A DNA stretch of 64,000 bases from a candidate division FCPU426 bacterium (GTDB lineage: Bacteria; Oederibacteriota; Muellerivitia; Muellerivitales; Muellerivitaceae): NCBI GenBank assembly GCA_963796105.1, contig CAWCKJ010000004.1, positions 352,001-416,000 of the forward strand. The letters run 5' to 3'. The notes under the pieces were generated by a model, which was given only the letters and a program-made list of their open reading frames with translations, was not told the origin of the DNA and ran no database searches. Positions 19,424 through 28,900 of the stretch are shown in pieces. The translations under genes and the position numbers were made by a program. Positions within the stretch are counted from its first letter, which is position 1. Every line of letters begins with the position of its first letter.

Positions 19424-20788
19424 TTAAAACAGCCGGTAAATCCCCGACAAGAAGGATGCGGGCAGGACCATATCCAAAACCAGTTTCGCGTTGAGCAGGA
19501 TAATCACCGCCGTCACCGTCCAGCCGAGGATTTTAACCCAGACCGGGTTGACGAATTCCCCCATCTTTGACTTGTCGCCGGTGAAGCGCATCAGGGGCCA
19601 GACCGCGAAGCCCAATTGCACGGAAAGCACGACCTGGCTTGCGATAAGCAGGTCCGTGGTCTTGGACTCGCCGAAATAGCCGATCACGCAAACGGCCGGT
19701 ACGATGGCCAAGCCCCGCGTGATCAACCGGCGAAGCCAGGGCCTCAGGCGGATGTTCAGGAAACCCTCCATGACGACCTGCCCCGCGAGGGTTCCGGTCA
19801 AGGTGGAATTTTGGCCCGAGGCCAGCAGGGCGACCGCGAATAGGACGCCAGCCACCGACACACCCAAGAGGGGGCTTAACAACTTATAAGCATCCTGTAT
19901 TTCCCCCACCTCCTGGTGTCCCGACCGGTAAAAGACAGCCGCCAGAACGAGGATCGCGCAGTTGACGAACAAGGCGCAAGTGAGCGCGGTGGTGGAATCA
20001 ATCGTCGCGAACTTGACGGCCTCGCGCTTCCCGCCGGGGCTGTTTTCGTATTTCCTCGTCTGCACGATGGAGGAGTGCAGGTACAGGTTGTGCGGCATGA
20101 CGGTAGCGCCGAGGATGCCGATGCTCACGTAAAGCATGCCCGGATTCCTGAGGATTTCCGGGCTGGGGAGGAACCCCAGCATCACCCCCGTGAGATCGGG
20201 CCTTGACCAGAAAATCTCGGCCCCGAAACAGAGGCTGACTGTGGCGATCAGCGTGACCACCAGCGCCTCGACGTAGCGGAAGCCCTTGTTCTGGAGGTAA
20301 AGCACCGCCATCACGTCCGCCGCTGAGATGGCGCATCCCCAGACCAGCGGTATGCCGAAGAGCAGCTGGAGCGCGATGGCGGAACCCACCACTTCCGCCA
20401 GGTCGCAGGCGGCGATCTGGATCTCGCAGAGCGCCCAAAGGAACCAGACCATCGGCCTCGGGTAATGGTCCCGGCAGGCCTGCGCCAGGTCCCGGCCGGT
20501 TGCGATGCCAAGCTTCACGCACAAGTGCTGGAGCAGGACCGCCATCAGGTTGGAGACGAATATAACACTTAGCAGGGTATAGCCGTATTTCGCGCCCCCG
20601 GCCAGGTCCGTCGCCCAATTTCCCGGGTCCATGTAGCCCACGGCCACCAAAAACCCCGGACCCGCGAAAGCGAGCATCTTGCGCCAGAAAGAGGCGGTTA
20701 CCGGCACGAGGACGCTTCGGTTCACTTCCGGCAGGGAGGATTCTCCCGCCTCCTTGCGCCAGGGGGTTTTGGGTTGGGATGAAAGCAT
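19424..20788 (-). CDS. mntH: Nramp-family divalent metal (Mn2+/Fe2+) transporter
   Basis: GYMDPGNWATD, GATVMPHNLYLHSS, GQNSTLTGTLAGQVVMEGF. Confidence 0.96.
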   Translation of the reverse strand: MLSSQPKTPWRKEAGESSLPEVNRSVLVPVTASFWRKMLAFAGPGFLVAVGYMDPGNWATDLAGGAKYGYTLLSVIFVSNLMAVLLQHLCVKLGIATGRDLAQACRDHYPRPMVWFLWALCEIQIAACDLAEVVGSAIALQLLFGIPLVWGCAISAADVMAVLYLQNKGFRYVEALVVTLIATVSLCFGAEIFWSRPDLTGVMLGFLPSPEILRNPGMLYVSIGILGATVMPHNLYLHSSIVQTRKYENSPGGKREAVKFATIDSTTALTCALFVNCAILVLAAVFYRSGHQEVGEIQDAYKLLSPLLGVSVAGVLFAVALLASGQNSTLTGTLAGQVVMEGFLNIRLRPWLRRLITRGLAIVPAVCVIGYFGESKTTDLLIASQVVLSVQLGFAVWPLMRFTGDKSKMGEFVNPVWVKILGWTVTAVIILLNAKLVLDMVLPASFLSGIYRLF

Positions 20789-20909
20789 AAATCACCAAGA
20801 GCGGAATTTAAAATGGGCGGATTCGGCTTCCCTTGGAAGCTCACCGCAAGGCAATGAACCCGTTCGATAGTGCTTCGCACTCCTCAGGGCTGGGGGGATG
20901 GGTGAAGGC

Positions 20910-21413
20910 TTACTTGCTTCCGCGCTGGACCATCAGGTCGAGGTCCTCCCTCAGGCTTTGCAGGTCCTCCTCATGCTCGACTTCCTGCTCCAGGATCGTG
21001 AGGGCCATGTTGTAGGTCACCATGTCCTTGCCCTGGGTTGCGTCCATGAGGCCCTTGTAGGTCGTGATGGCGCACTGCTCCCCCTCGATGTTCTGGTCCA
21101 GGAGGACGGCGACATAGGGATCAGCTGGCTCGTCGTATTTGCAGGGACTCAGTTCATACCAGGCCTTCGGAGAAAGCGCCGGCACCCCGCCAAGCTGGAT
21201 GATGCGGCCCGACACGAGGGCCGCATGGTTAAGCTCCTCAGTTGCGTGGAGGGTGAGCTCGGCGGCCACGGCATCCTTCATGGGTCCCTTGATGAGCTTG
21301 GCCCCGAGCCAGTATTGGTAATAGGCGAACCACTCGCTTGCGTAAGCTTGATTGAGCAGTTTGAGAAGGTGATTGACGTCAAGTCCAATGATTTCCCGGC
21401 CCCTGGTTCCCAT
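20910..21413 (-). CDS. Ferritin-like DPSL/bacterioferritin-related protein
   Basis: AYASEWFAYYQYW, EELNHA, EQCAI, QEVEHEEDL di-iron ligands; two Cys consistent with the thioferritin motif. Confidence 0.88.
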   Translation of the reverse strand: MGTRGREIIGLDVNHLLKLLNQAYASEWFAYYQYWLGAKLIKGPMKDAVAAELTLHATEELNHAALVSGRIIQLGGVPALSPKAWYELSPCKYDEPADPYVAVLLDQNIEGEQCAITTYKGLMDATQGKDMVTYNMALTILEQEVEHEEDLQSLREDLDLMVQRGSK

Positions 21414-21621
21414 AGTTCGTTCCTTTCAAGTGAGGTTAACCGAAGACGCCCATTTTAAGCCAATTAAGGACAACCGGCATTAAATCCATCGAAAACCCAT
21501 CGAACTTGCGCAGGGCAGGCCCGAAACCGGCTGAATACCTGGCTAAAAGACAACTTAAAGCTATTCGCACCGCGTACCAGCCTTCGTTTTTTCCGATTAG
21601 TTTACCCATATTGAGTCCAAA

Positions 21622-21638
21622 AGTTACGTGACGTAACT
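21622..21638. promoter_or_regulatory. Perfect 8-1-8 palindrome, candidate operator
   Basis: AGTTACGT-G-ACGTAACT about 210 bp upstream of the ferritin-like gene. Confidence 0.4.
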
Positions 21639-21711
21639 CCTTTCAGCGTTATTTGGGGAAACTACCCTGGAAATACCCCCGGAGATTGCATAGCGGAATG
21701 GATTTGATTCT

Positions 21712-24700
21712 CTAAAACCCAAAGTCCACCCCGCCCGTCAGGTTCTGCCCGGAATAATTCGTCATTCCCGCCTTGCCCTGGTAGGAGACATAGGCCTTGA
21801 AGTCCCTGCCGAACTTGGCGTCCAACCCGGCGGCCAGGACCAAGGCGTCGGTTCCCAGGGCCGGTCCTTCCACGGTAAAATTTCCCCCGCCTTCCATCGC
21901 CGCGCTCAAGCTGTCCAAGTTTCCCTGGTAAACATGCTCCCAGGCCGCGCTCAAGCTTGGCGCCAACACCACGCCTCCCGCGGCCCAGTCCCGGCTGACC
22001 CTCATCCCCAAGTCGCTTAGGAGACAGCCCGCCCCTTGCGACGGGTAGCTTAACGGCGTCTGGGATCCCGTCTCATTGAAGCCGTTGATATCCACCCTGG
22101 TGTACTGGGCCGACAGGAAAGGACCCACCTTGGCTTTCCCCAGGGTCCAATCCCACCCCGCTCCGGCTTGGCCCGAGTATTGATAACCCTGGGCTCTTCC
22201 CGACGCCGTCCCCCCGAAGGAATCGCGCTGGGTGGCGTAACTGTTGATGCCGCCAAAGGCCAGCGCCTCGGCGTGGAGCGCTCCCCCTTTCCAACCGCCA
22301 TAGAGGCCAAATTGTCCGCCCGTCACATTCACCATTCCTGTGGACTGGCTGGTTCCCGACTGAGTGTAGCCCAGCATCAACCCGACCGCCCATTCTTTCG
22401 AGAAGTGGTAGTCCAACCCCGCCACCATCCCGCCGGTGGAATACTGGTATCCCTGAGCGTTTGAGTCGCCCGTGACAGTCCCGAAGTCGCCCATCCCGTC
22501 CATGAAAACACCCAAGCGCTGGGGCTGGAGGTCCTCGGCGATTGCCTCTTCCCTCGCGGCCGAGTGCCTGCCGGCGAAAAGGGGCCCTTCCCCGTTCCAG
22601 GAGATGTTTTTGGATTCTCCCCCGGCGCCCCCGAACAACTGGTCCAGCCTTTGATCCACCATTTCCGCCTCGACCTGGGAAGAGCTGAAACTGATCCGGT
22701 ACATCGGCGTCAAGACCGCCGGTGAGATCTGGGCGTAAACCCCCAGCAAATCGGAATCGGAGAGGGTGTTCAAGTACTGGATCATGGCGGGATCGGAAAA
22801 TTTTTCGTTCAAGACATCCAACGCTCCGCCGATGGCGGCCTGGTTGGGCGTCACCCCCAGGGACCGGAAGGTCGGACCAGTCACTTGCAGGAGGATGTCC
22901 GTCGGCTGGTAAATGAGCGTCACCGAATCGGCCGTGACCATGTTCGTAATCGTGTTGAAAGTCCCTTCCACGCTTCCAGCCGTAAGGATCTCGAAATCCT
23001 CGGTCCCGTGGATATGGAGATGGTACCCGTTTTCCGATACCAGGCTCAGGGTCCCTGCCAGGCTGGCCGCGCCCGAGACCTCCAGCACGTCCCAGGCTCC
23101 CGCGTCGATTCCGCCCATCCCCATTTGCAGTGTCCCCGGCGCGGACTGGGTATAATCGCCACCGATATTGAGCGTCATGGGGCCGTTGAGGCTCAGGGTC
23201 CCGCCGTTCACCACCACGGAGCCGGTACCAAGAGCATGGCTGTTAGCCGCCACTAAGGTTCCCCCGATCAGGTCGGTTCCGCCCGTGTATGTATTTACTT
23301 CTGTCAGCGTCACCGCCCCGTTTCCCGCGATATCCAAGCCGCCGAAACCTTCGAGGATGCCCGCCAGGGACGAGCCGTTGCCATTCGTATCGAAAGTATC
23401 GGACCCGTTGAGGAACACTGTGTTCGTGACAGGCAGGCTGCTCGCCCCGGACCGCAGGGTCGTGCCGTCTTCCAAGACCAGGCTCCCCGTTCCCAAGGCG
23501 CTGTTGTTCCCCAGGCTCAAGGTCCCAGCCACCAAAGTCGTCCCGCCGCTGTAGCTGTTGGCGCCCGCGAGGGTCAAGATGCCCGCGCTGATCTTCGTCA
23601 AGGAACCAGTGCCGCTCAAGACCCCGGATAGGGACAAGCCATCGCCGTTCGTATCGAAAGTATCGGACCCATTGAGGGAGACCGCGTTCGTAACCGCCAA
23701 GCCGTCGGTCCCGGCCTGCAGGGTCGTTGCGCTATGAAGGACCAGGTTCCCCGTGCCCAGGGCGCTGTTGTTTCCCAGGTTCAAAGTCCCAGCCTCCAAG
23801 GTCGTCCCGCCGCTGTAAGTGTTGGTGCCAGACAGGGTCAGGGGCCCTCCTCCCGCGACGTCCAGGCCTTCATTGCCAGCGATCACGCCGCTGAATGAAC
23901 CTTGTTGGACCCTCAGACTCGCGGCCAAGCCTCCCATGGTGATAAAACCAGCCCCCTCCAAGTCCCCGACCACCGCGTCGGCGCTCCCAGTCAATCCGTT
24001 GCTGACAGCCCCGGTTCCCCCGGTGCCCGCTACCATGCTGAGGGCGCTTCCCGCCCCCAGGGTCAAACCCGACGCAGTCAGGGAAACAATTCCCCCATTG
24101 CCGCCATTATAGGTATCACTGTTTCCGCCAATTCCGCCCGCCAGAACCAAGCTGGAGGAGTCCCCCAAGGTCAAGACGGTTCCGATTGACACACCAGCGC
24201 TGCCCCCGTTACCGCCGTTTCCAATGCTCCCGCCTCCCGCGCTGCTGCCATTGCCGCCTGTGCCTCCTATCACGCTGACGGCGCTGGAATCCACAGACAC
24301 CGACCCATTCACTGCCAGGAAAGCCGACCCCCCAGCGCCGCCTGTTCCAGCGGCATACCAGCCATAGCTGTTTCCGCCGTTTCCGCCCGCTACAATCAGA
24401 CCGGAGGAACTTTTATCCGCCGTCACCACCAATCCAGTTCCTATAGAAGCTAAGGCGTTGCCCCCGTTCCCGGCGTTGTTCCCGTAGCTATCGGCTCCCG
24501 TTCCGCCAGCCACGTTGAGGAGGCTGGAATCTAGCGATACCGCGCCGTCCACGGCCAGGGATGCCCAGCCGCCCGACCCTCCTGTTCCCTTGGACCCGCT
24601 GTTGACCCATGGATAATCGGTCTGAGCGCTTCCGCCTGCGACGATGATGTTGGAGCCGTCAAGGACCGACAAATCCGACCCGGTGGTAACCCAAGCGTTG

Positions 24701-26424
24701 CCCCCGTTGTCGCCGTCACCCTGGGCGGAAAACTTGCCAAGGCCTCCCCCCACGCTCACCAGGCTGGAATCAACCGAAACCGCTCCCGAGACCCACAAGT
24801 CCGCGTCGCCGCCCGCCCCGCTGTTACCCTGGAAGTTTCCCCCGCTCTTCCCGCCCGCCACGGTGAATGCAGCCGCGTAATTATTCCCTGTCACATTCAA
24901 ATCCGACCCAATGGAAACCAACGCGTCACCGCCGTTACCGCCATTCGCGTAATAGCTGTAACCGCCGGCCCCACCGGACACGTTTACAGCCTCGGAGTCA
25001 TCCGACACCGCGCCGGTGACCGAAAGATCGGCGGTACCCCCGTTCCCACCGCCCCCCTGGTAATAATCGGTTCCGCCGCCCCCCCCCGCCACGCTCACTT
25101 GGGCAGCTTCAGCGCTGGATGCCGCGGACAGGCTGCCCAAGAAAACCGAGGCACCGCCGCCGTTCCCCCCAGCGGCGCCCTCCAAGGCGTAACCGTAGCC
25201 GGCGTCTCCCCCCGTAACGGCCAGGAAGCTTGTGTCCATCGACACCGCACCGGAGACGGACAAAACCGCGGAACCCGCCGCTCCCCCCGCGCCATGGCCG
25301 TTTAGCCAAATGTTGCTTCCCGAATTCCCCCCGGCCACGTAAAGCCCCGAGAAAGTGTAGCTGTCCACAAGGATCAAACCGGAACCCAGGGAAACCGACG
25401 CGTTCCCCCCGTTCCCTCCGTCTCCCCCGTGGCTGGAGCCTCCCGTTCCCCCTCCAACGCTTACCAGGCCTGAGTCAACCGTTAACGGGCCTCCAGTCAT
25501 CAGGGCCGCCGAACCGCCGCTCCCTCCGACGCCTCCCGCGCTGTCCCCGCCGGTCCCTCCCGTAAGGTTCAAACCGGTGTAATAGACCGACACGGGACCC
25601 GAGGAAGTGAAAATCGCATCGCCACCCGCCCCGCCGTTGCCGGAGGTTCCAGAAGCCGTTCCGCCGTTGCCGCCCGCGACTTGGTATGTTGAGAGACCCC
25701 CTGTATCCCCCGCAAGAATTAAGGATCCGACGTTTACGGTGGCCGCGCCGCCCGCGCCGTCATCTCCCCCGCTGTTGTCGGCCCCGGTTCCCCCCGCGAC
25801 GGTCAGGGTGCTGGGGTCCGCCGACATGGAACCTGTGACGCTCAAGTCCGCCGAGCCGCCCGCCCCTCCATTGGGGGCCCCGGACCCGCCCTCAAGCGCC
25901 AGGGTCGAGTTGGAAAGACTCAGGCTGTTGGAGGACAAGGAAACCGGATTGCCTGAGGCCGCGGAACCGTTGAATTGAACCGTGCCGACCGGGGACGAAA
26001 CATCGCCGGTACCGGTTAAATTTCCGTCAACCACCTGGACCCCGCTAATGGCCAGGGAAACACCCGCACTGTTGAAAACCTGGTATGAGTTTCCGCCATT
26101 GATCACGACACTCGCTCCGGAGTTGGTAAAGGTCACACTTTGGGTCAATGTCGGAAGGTCCGAGGACAGGATGATGGTTTGACCGGAAAGGCTTGAAAGA
26201 TCAATGGTGCCGCCGCAGGGGGCGTTGGCGTTGATTTGGTTGATGGCGTCGCCCAGTGAACCGGGACTATTGTCGCCTTCGTTGGAAGTGACGGTCACGT
26301 TTAATGGGACGCAAGGGGTGGCCCAGGTCGGCATGGTCGAGGTGAACAGGCAAAGACCCCAAAAGAAGAGGACCAATCCGGTAAAAAAAAGCCGTGCGCC
26401 GTTGGTGTGGAACCGGTATTTCAT
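21712..26424 (-). CDS. Autotransporter with Gly-rich passenger, PATR-type repeats and C-terminal beta-barrel
   Basis: Start moved to ATG 26424 (GGAGG SD; MKYRF... signal peptide). LTLSGTNTYSGGTTL repeats, TPNQAAIGGALD linker, barrel ending ...GGVDFGF. Confidence 0.92.
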   Translation of the reverse strand: MKYRFHTNGARLFFTGLVLFFWGLCLFTSTMPTWATPCVPLNVTVTSNEGDNSPGSLGDAINQINANAPCGGTIDLSSLSGQTIILSSDLPTLTQSVTFTNSGASVVINGGNSYQVFNSAGVSLAISGVQVVDGNLTGTGDVSSPVGTVQFNGSAASGNPVSLSSNSLSLSNSTLALEGGSGAPNGGAGGSADLSVTGSMSADPSTLTVAGGTGADNSGGDDGAGGAATVNVGSLILAGDTGGLSTYQVAGGNGGTASGTSGNGGAGGDAIFTSSGPVSVYYTGLNLTGGTGGDSAGGVGGSGGSAALMTGGPLTVDSGLVSVGGGTGGSSHGGDGGNGGNASVSLGSGLILVDSYTFSGLYVAGGNSGSNIWLNGHGAGGAAGSAVLSVSGAVSMDTSFLAVTGGDAGYGYALEGAAGGNGGGASVFLGSLSAASSAEAAQVSVAGGGGGTDYYQGGGGNGGTADLSVTGAVSDDSEAVNVSGGAGGYSYYANGGNGGDALVSIGSDLNVTGNNYAAAFTVAGGKSGGNFQGNSGAGGDADLWVSGAVSVDSSLVSVGGGLGKFSAQGDGDNGGNAWVTTGSDLSVLDGSNIIVAGGSAQTDYPWVNSGSKGTGGSGGWASLAVDGAVSLDSSLLNVAGGTGADSYGNNAGNGGNALASIGTGLVVTADKSSSGLIVAGGNGGNSYGWYAAGTGGAGGSAFLAVNGSVSVDSSAVSVIGGTGGNGSSAGGGSIGNGGNGGSAGVSIGTVLTLGDSSSLVLAGGIGGNSDTYNGGNGGIVSLTASGLTLGAGSALSMVAGTGGTGAVSNGLTGSADAVVGDLEGAGFITMGGLAASLRVQQGSFSGVIAGNEGLDVAGGGPLTLSGTNTYSGGTTLEAGTLNLGNNSALGTGNLVLHSATTLQAGTDGLAVTNAVSLNGSDTFDTNGDGLSLSGVLSGTGSLTKISAGILTLAGANSYSGGTTLVAGTLSLGNNSALGTGSLVLEDGTTLRSGASSLPVTNTVFLNGSDTFDTNGNGSSLAGILEGFGGLDIAGNGAVTLTEVNTYTGGTDLIGGTLVAANSHALGTGSVVVNGGTLSLNGPMTLNIGGDYTQSAPGTLQMGMGGIDAGAWDVLEVSGAASLAGTLSLVSENGYHLHIHGTEDFEILTAGSVEGTFNTITNMVTADSVTLIYQPTDILLQVTGPTFRSLGVTPNQAAIGGALDVLNEKFSDPAMIQYLNTLSDSDLLGVYAQISPAVLTPMYRISFSSSQVEAEMVDQRLDQLFGGAGGESKNISWNGEGPLFAGRHSAAREEAIAEDLQPQRLGVFMDGMGDFGTVTGDSNAQGYQYSTGGMVAGLDYHFSKEWAVGLMLGYTQSGTSQSTGMVNVTGGQFGLYGGWKGGALHAEALAFGGINSYATQRDSFGGTASGRAQGYQYSGQAGAGWDWTLGKAKVGPFLSAQYTRVDINGFNETGSQTPLSYPSQGAGCLLSDLGMRVSRDWAAGGVVLAPSLSAAWEHVYQGNLDSLSAAMEGGGNFTVEGPALGTDALVLAAGLDAKFGRDFKAYVSYQGKAGMTNYSGQNLTGGVDFGF

Positions 26425-26665
26425 GGAACAGCCTCCATTTTGGGGCGGGAAATAAAGCACGATAGGGACCTGCGACTTAAAACTTACCACTTTTTAAGCA
26501 AAAATGATAAATAACAAATATAGTTCTTGTCCGAATTTGCGGATGATTGTTCTTGAGGCCGGTACGTCCAGATCTTCTAAAAAATTATTATCCGACCAAA
26601 TGGAAAAGCAAATGATAAAAGCGGTATGGAATGGCTAAAGGACATAAAGTGATGAATTATCACTA

Positions 26666-26826
26666 CAGCAACTAGGTACCCCCAAACCTGCAACCAGGCA
26701 CCCTGGTTCTGCTACTAGGTACCGCCAATTCTTCTACTAGGTTCGCTTATGCCCACTGGGCCCACCGGCGTCCGCGGGCAGGGCCTACCGGACCTGCGGG
26801 CAGGGCTACCGACACCTGCGGGCAGG
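26666..26826. repeat. 21/22-bp-phased array B, left part (same two core types and order as array A)
   Basis: Cores at 26666, 26688, 26709, 26731 (CTACTAGG type, degenerate) and 26772, 26794, 26816 (CTGCGGGCAGG type). Confidence 0.85.
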
Positions 26827-26977
26827 ATTGCCGAAAATGTGGGCGTGTTATCCTCCCATGACGGTAGGTGACCACGTCCAGGCCGACGGTGGCTCCCGAC
26901 CTCATGAATACAGGGCCCCCAAACCGTGCCTACAGGGCTTCCGGCCCAGCTATACGGAACTGGGTCATCGGCTTACC

Positions 26978-27335
26978 GAATACTGGGTTGTACTGGGTTG
27001 GGGCTTCCAATACTGGGTTACGGGTTTTCCAAATACTGGGTTGTACTGGGTTGGGGCCTCCAATACTGGGTTGCGGGTTTTCCGAATACTGGGTTGTACT
27101 GGGTTGGGGCCTCCAATACTGGGTTGCGGGTTTTCCAAATACTGGGTTGTACTGGGTTGGGGCTTCCAATACTGGGTTGCGGGTTTTCCGAATACTGGGT
27201 TGTACTGGGTTGGGGCCTCCAATACTGGGTTGCGGGTTTTCCGAATACTGGGTTGTACTGGGTTGGGGCCTCCAATACTGGGTTGCGTGTTTCCAAATAC
27301 TAGGTTGTACTGGGTTGGGACCTCCAATACTGGGT
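26978..27335. repeat. 53-bp tandem repeat, about 6.8 copies, G-tract rich
   Basis: Unit RAATACTGGGTTGTACTGGGTTGGGGCYTCCAATACTGGGTTRCGGGTTTTCC at 26978, 27031, 27084, 27137, 27190, 27243 and 27295 (partial). Confidence 0.97.
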
Positions 27336-27453
27336 ACGGCGGAAAACCCGTCCACGTACGGCGGGAACCCGACCCCAGATGGCGGGAAACCCCGTCCCCT
27401 GCGGGCATGACCACCAGCGTCTGTGGGCAGGGCCACCAGTACCTGCGGGCAGG
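27335..27453. repeat. 21/22-bp-phased array B, right part
   Basis: Three GGCGG(G/A)AA(A/C)CC-type cores (~27338-27392), then CTG(C/T)GGGCA(G/T)G cores at 27399, 27421, 27443. Confidence 0.8.
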
Positions 27454-27522
27454 ACTTTCGGCCCATGGCCAATGAGCCTGGTTTTCGGCCATTTTCAAGG
27501 CCTCAATTTGCGGCCTGGAAAT

Positions 27523-27555
27523 AAAAAAGCCCGGGAGGAAATCCCCCGGGCTTTT
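27523..27555 (-). terminator. Rho-independent terminator of the giant autotransporter/Sel1-OmpA operon
   Basis: AAAAAAGCCCGGGAG-GAAAT-CCCCCGGGCTTTT; U-tract on the minus strand. Confidence 0.85.
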
Positions 27556-27582
27556 GAAAAACAAAAAACCTTGATTTTAAGC

Positions 27583-28887
27583 TTATAGGCCCTCGACCGT
27601 GATCTCGACCCTGCGGTTCTGAGCCATGTTTTTCTCGTTGTCGTTCGGGGCCACCGGGGACTTGCGGCCATGACCCTGGATATCAAAGAGCGAGTTTTTC
27701 GCCCCATGGTAAAGCAGGAATTCCTGGACCGTCGCGGCCCGGCGCTCGGATAGGGCCTTGTTGAAATCATCCGTCCCCCGGATGTCGCAATAACCGTCGA
27801 TCTTTACCTTGATATTCTTGTTCCAGGTCAGGAACTCCCCAAGGGTCCTGAGGTATTGCAGGTCGGAGGGGCTTAAATCCGATTTCCGGTAGTCAAAATG
27901 GATGATTCCCTTTTTCTTGACCACCACTTTCGGGTCCAGGCCGTTCTCCAGGTTGATGCGGCCCATGCTGTCCCTGGAATCGGTGTTCCCGCAGTTGGCT
28001 CCCTGCAGGTACCACTTAAGGGCCTGCTTCTCGTCCTTGTCGGTCCCCTCGCCCGTGTGGTACATGAACCCCAGGTTGTTGGCGGCGTTGGCGTTACCCT
28101 CCACCGCGGCCTTCTCGTAGCACTCCCGGGCTTTTTGGTCGTTCTTCACCACTCCCAAGCCGTGCTGGTAGAGCCAGCCCATGTCGTTTTGCGCGTCCGC
28201 CTCCCCCAATTCCAGAGCCCTTTTGTAATGACTCAAGGATGTCGCGTAGTTCTTCGTGACGCCCCAGCCCTCCTGGTAGGCCTTCCCCAGGGCCTCTTCC
28301 GCCGCCGCGTCGTTTTTCGGAGCCGCTTGCTTGAACCATTTCACGGCCTCATTGTAATTATGGGGAACGCCATATCCCATCTCGTAAACCATGCCGATAT
28401 TGCGAAGGGCCGTAATGAAACCATTGTCCGCCGATTTGTGGTACCAGCTTAAGGCTTGGGCGTAATCGGTTTTCATCCCCCAGCCGTGCGCGTTCAGCTC
28501 CCCCAGGACGTTTTGGGCCTCGGCATCATTGCCATCAGCGGCCTTTTTCAATTGCTCGATGAAATCCGCCTGGTCCGCCAGGACGATCAAGTGGCTCCAG
28601 CCCCGGTTGTTCCCCTTATCGGCGGCCCGGCTGAAATACTTGCTTCCCAGCAGGGTGTTTTTATCCACGCCCAGGCCCTTCGACAGGACCCATCCCGAAT
28701 AATCCAGAAGTTTCGGGTCGCCCGTCTTGAGCGCCCTGGCAATCAAGGCCTTCGCCTGAGGCTTGGTGATATGGTTGAATGCTTCCAACCCGTCCCCCGA
28801 TTCCTGGATGGAGCCGGACGCGAAGCCCGCCGCTGCCGCGAGGATAAGCCCGGCCCAAAGGGCCGGGTTGATGTTTTTCTTTTTCAT
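27583..28887 (-). CDS. Sel1-repeat protein with C-terminal OmpA-like peptidoglycan-binding domain
   Basis: Multiple AQN.LG..Y..G.GV.KD...A..W repeats; IHFDYRKS, IDGYCD.RG...N.ALSERRA, NRRVEI. Confidence 0.92.
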   Translation of the reverse strand: MKKKNINPALWAGLILAAAAGFASGSIQESGDGLEAFNHITKPQAKALIARALKTGDPKLLDYSGWVLSKGLGVDKNTLLGSKYFSRAADKGNNRGWSHLIVLADQADFIEQLKKAADGNDAEAQNVLGELNAHGWGMKTDYAQALSWYHKSADNGFITALRNIGMVYEMGYGVPHNYNEAVKWFKQAAPKNDAAAEEALGKAYQEGWGVTKNYATSLSHYKRALELGEADAQNDMGWLYQHGLGVVKNDQKARECYEKAAVEGNANAANNLGFMYHTGEGTDKDEKQALKWYLQGANCGNTDSRDSMGRINLENGLDPKVVVKKKGIIHFDYRKSDLSPSDLQYLRTLGEFLTWNKNIKVKIDGYCDIRGTDDFNKALSERRAATVQEFLLYHGAKNSLFDIQGHGRKSPVAPNDNEKNMAQNRRVEITVEGL

Positions 28888-28900
28888 GAAACTCTCCGTT

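Noticed and set aside
20789..20909. yybP-ykoY Mn riboswitch upstream of mntH
   Set aside because: Conserved riboswitch motifs not seen; only a REP-like small hairpin (GTGCGAAGCAC on the minus strand).
26978..27335. CRISPR array
   Set aside because: Head-to-tail tandem units with no unique spacers.
26828..27564. Several overlapping ORFs of 90-215 aa
   Set aside because: They arise from the 53-bp repeat cycling through frames on both strands; no convincing RBS or protein features.
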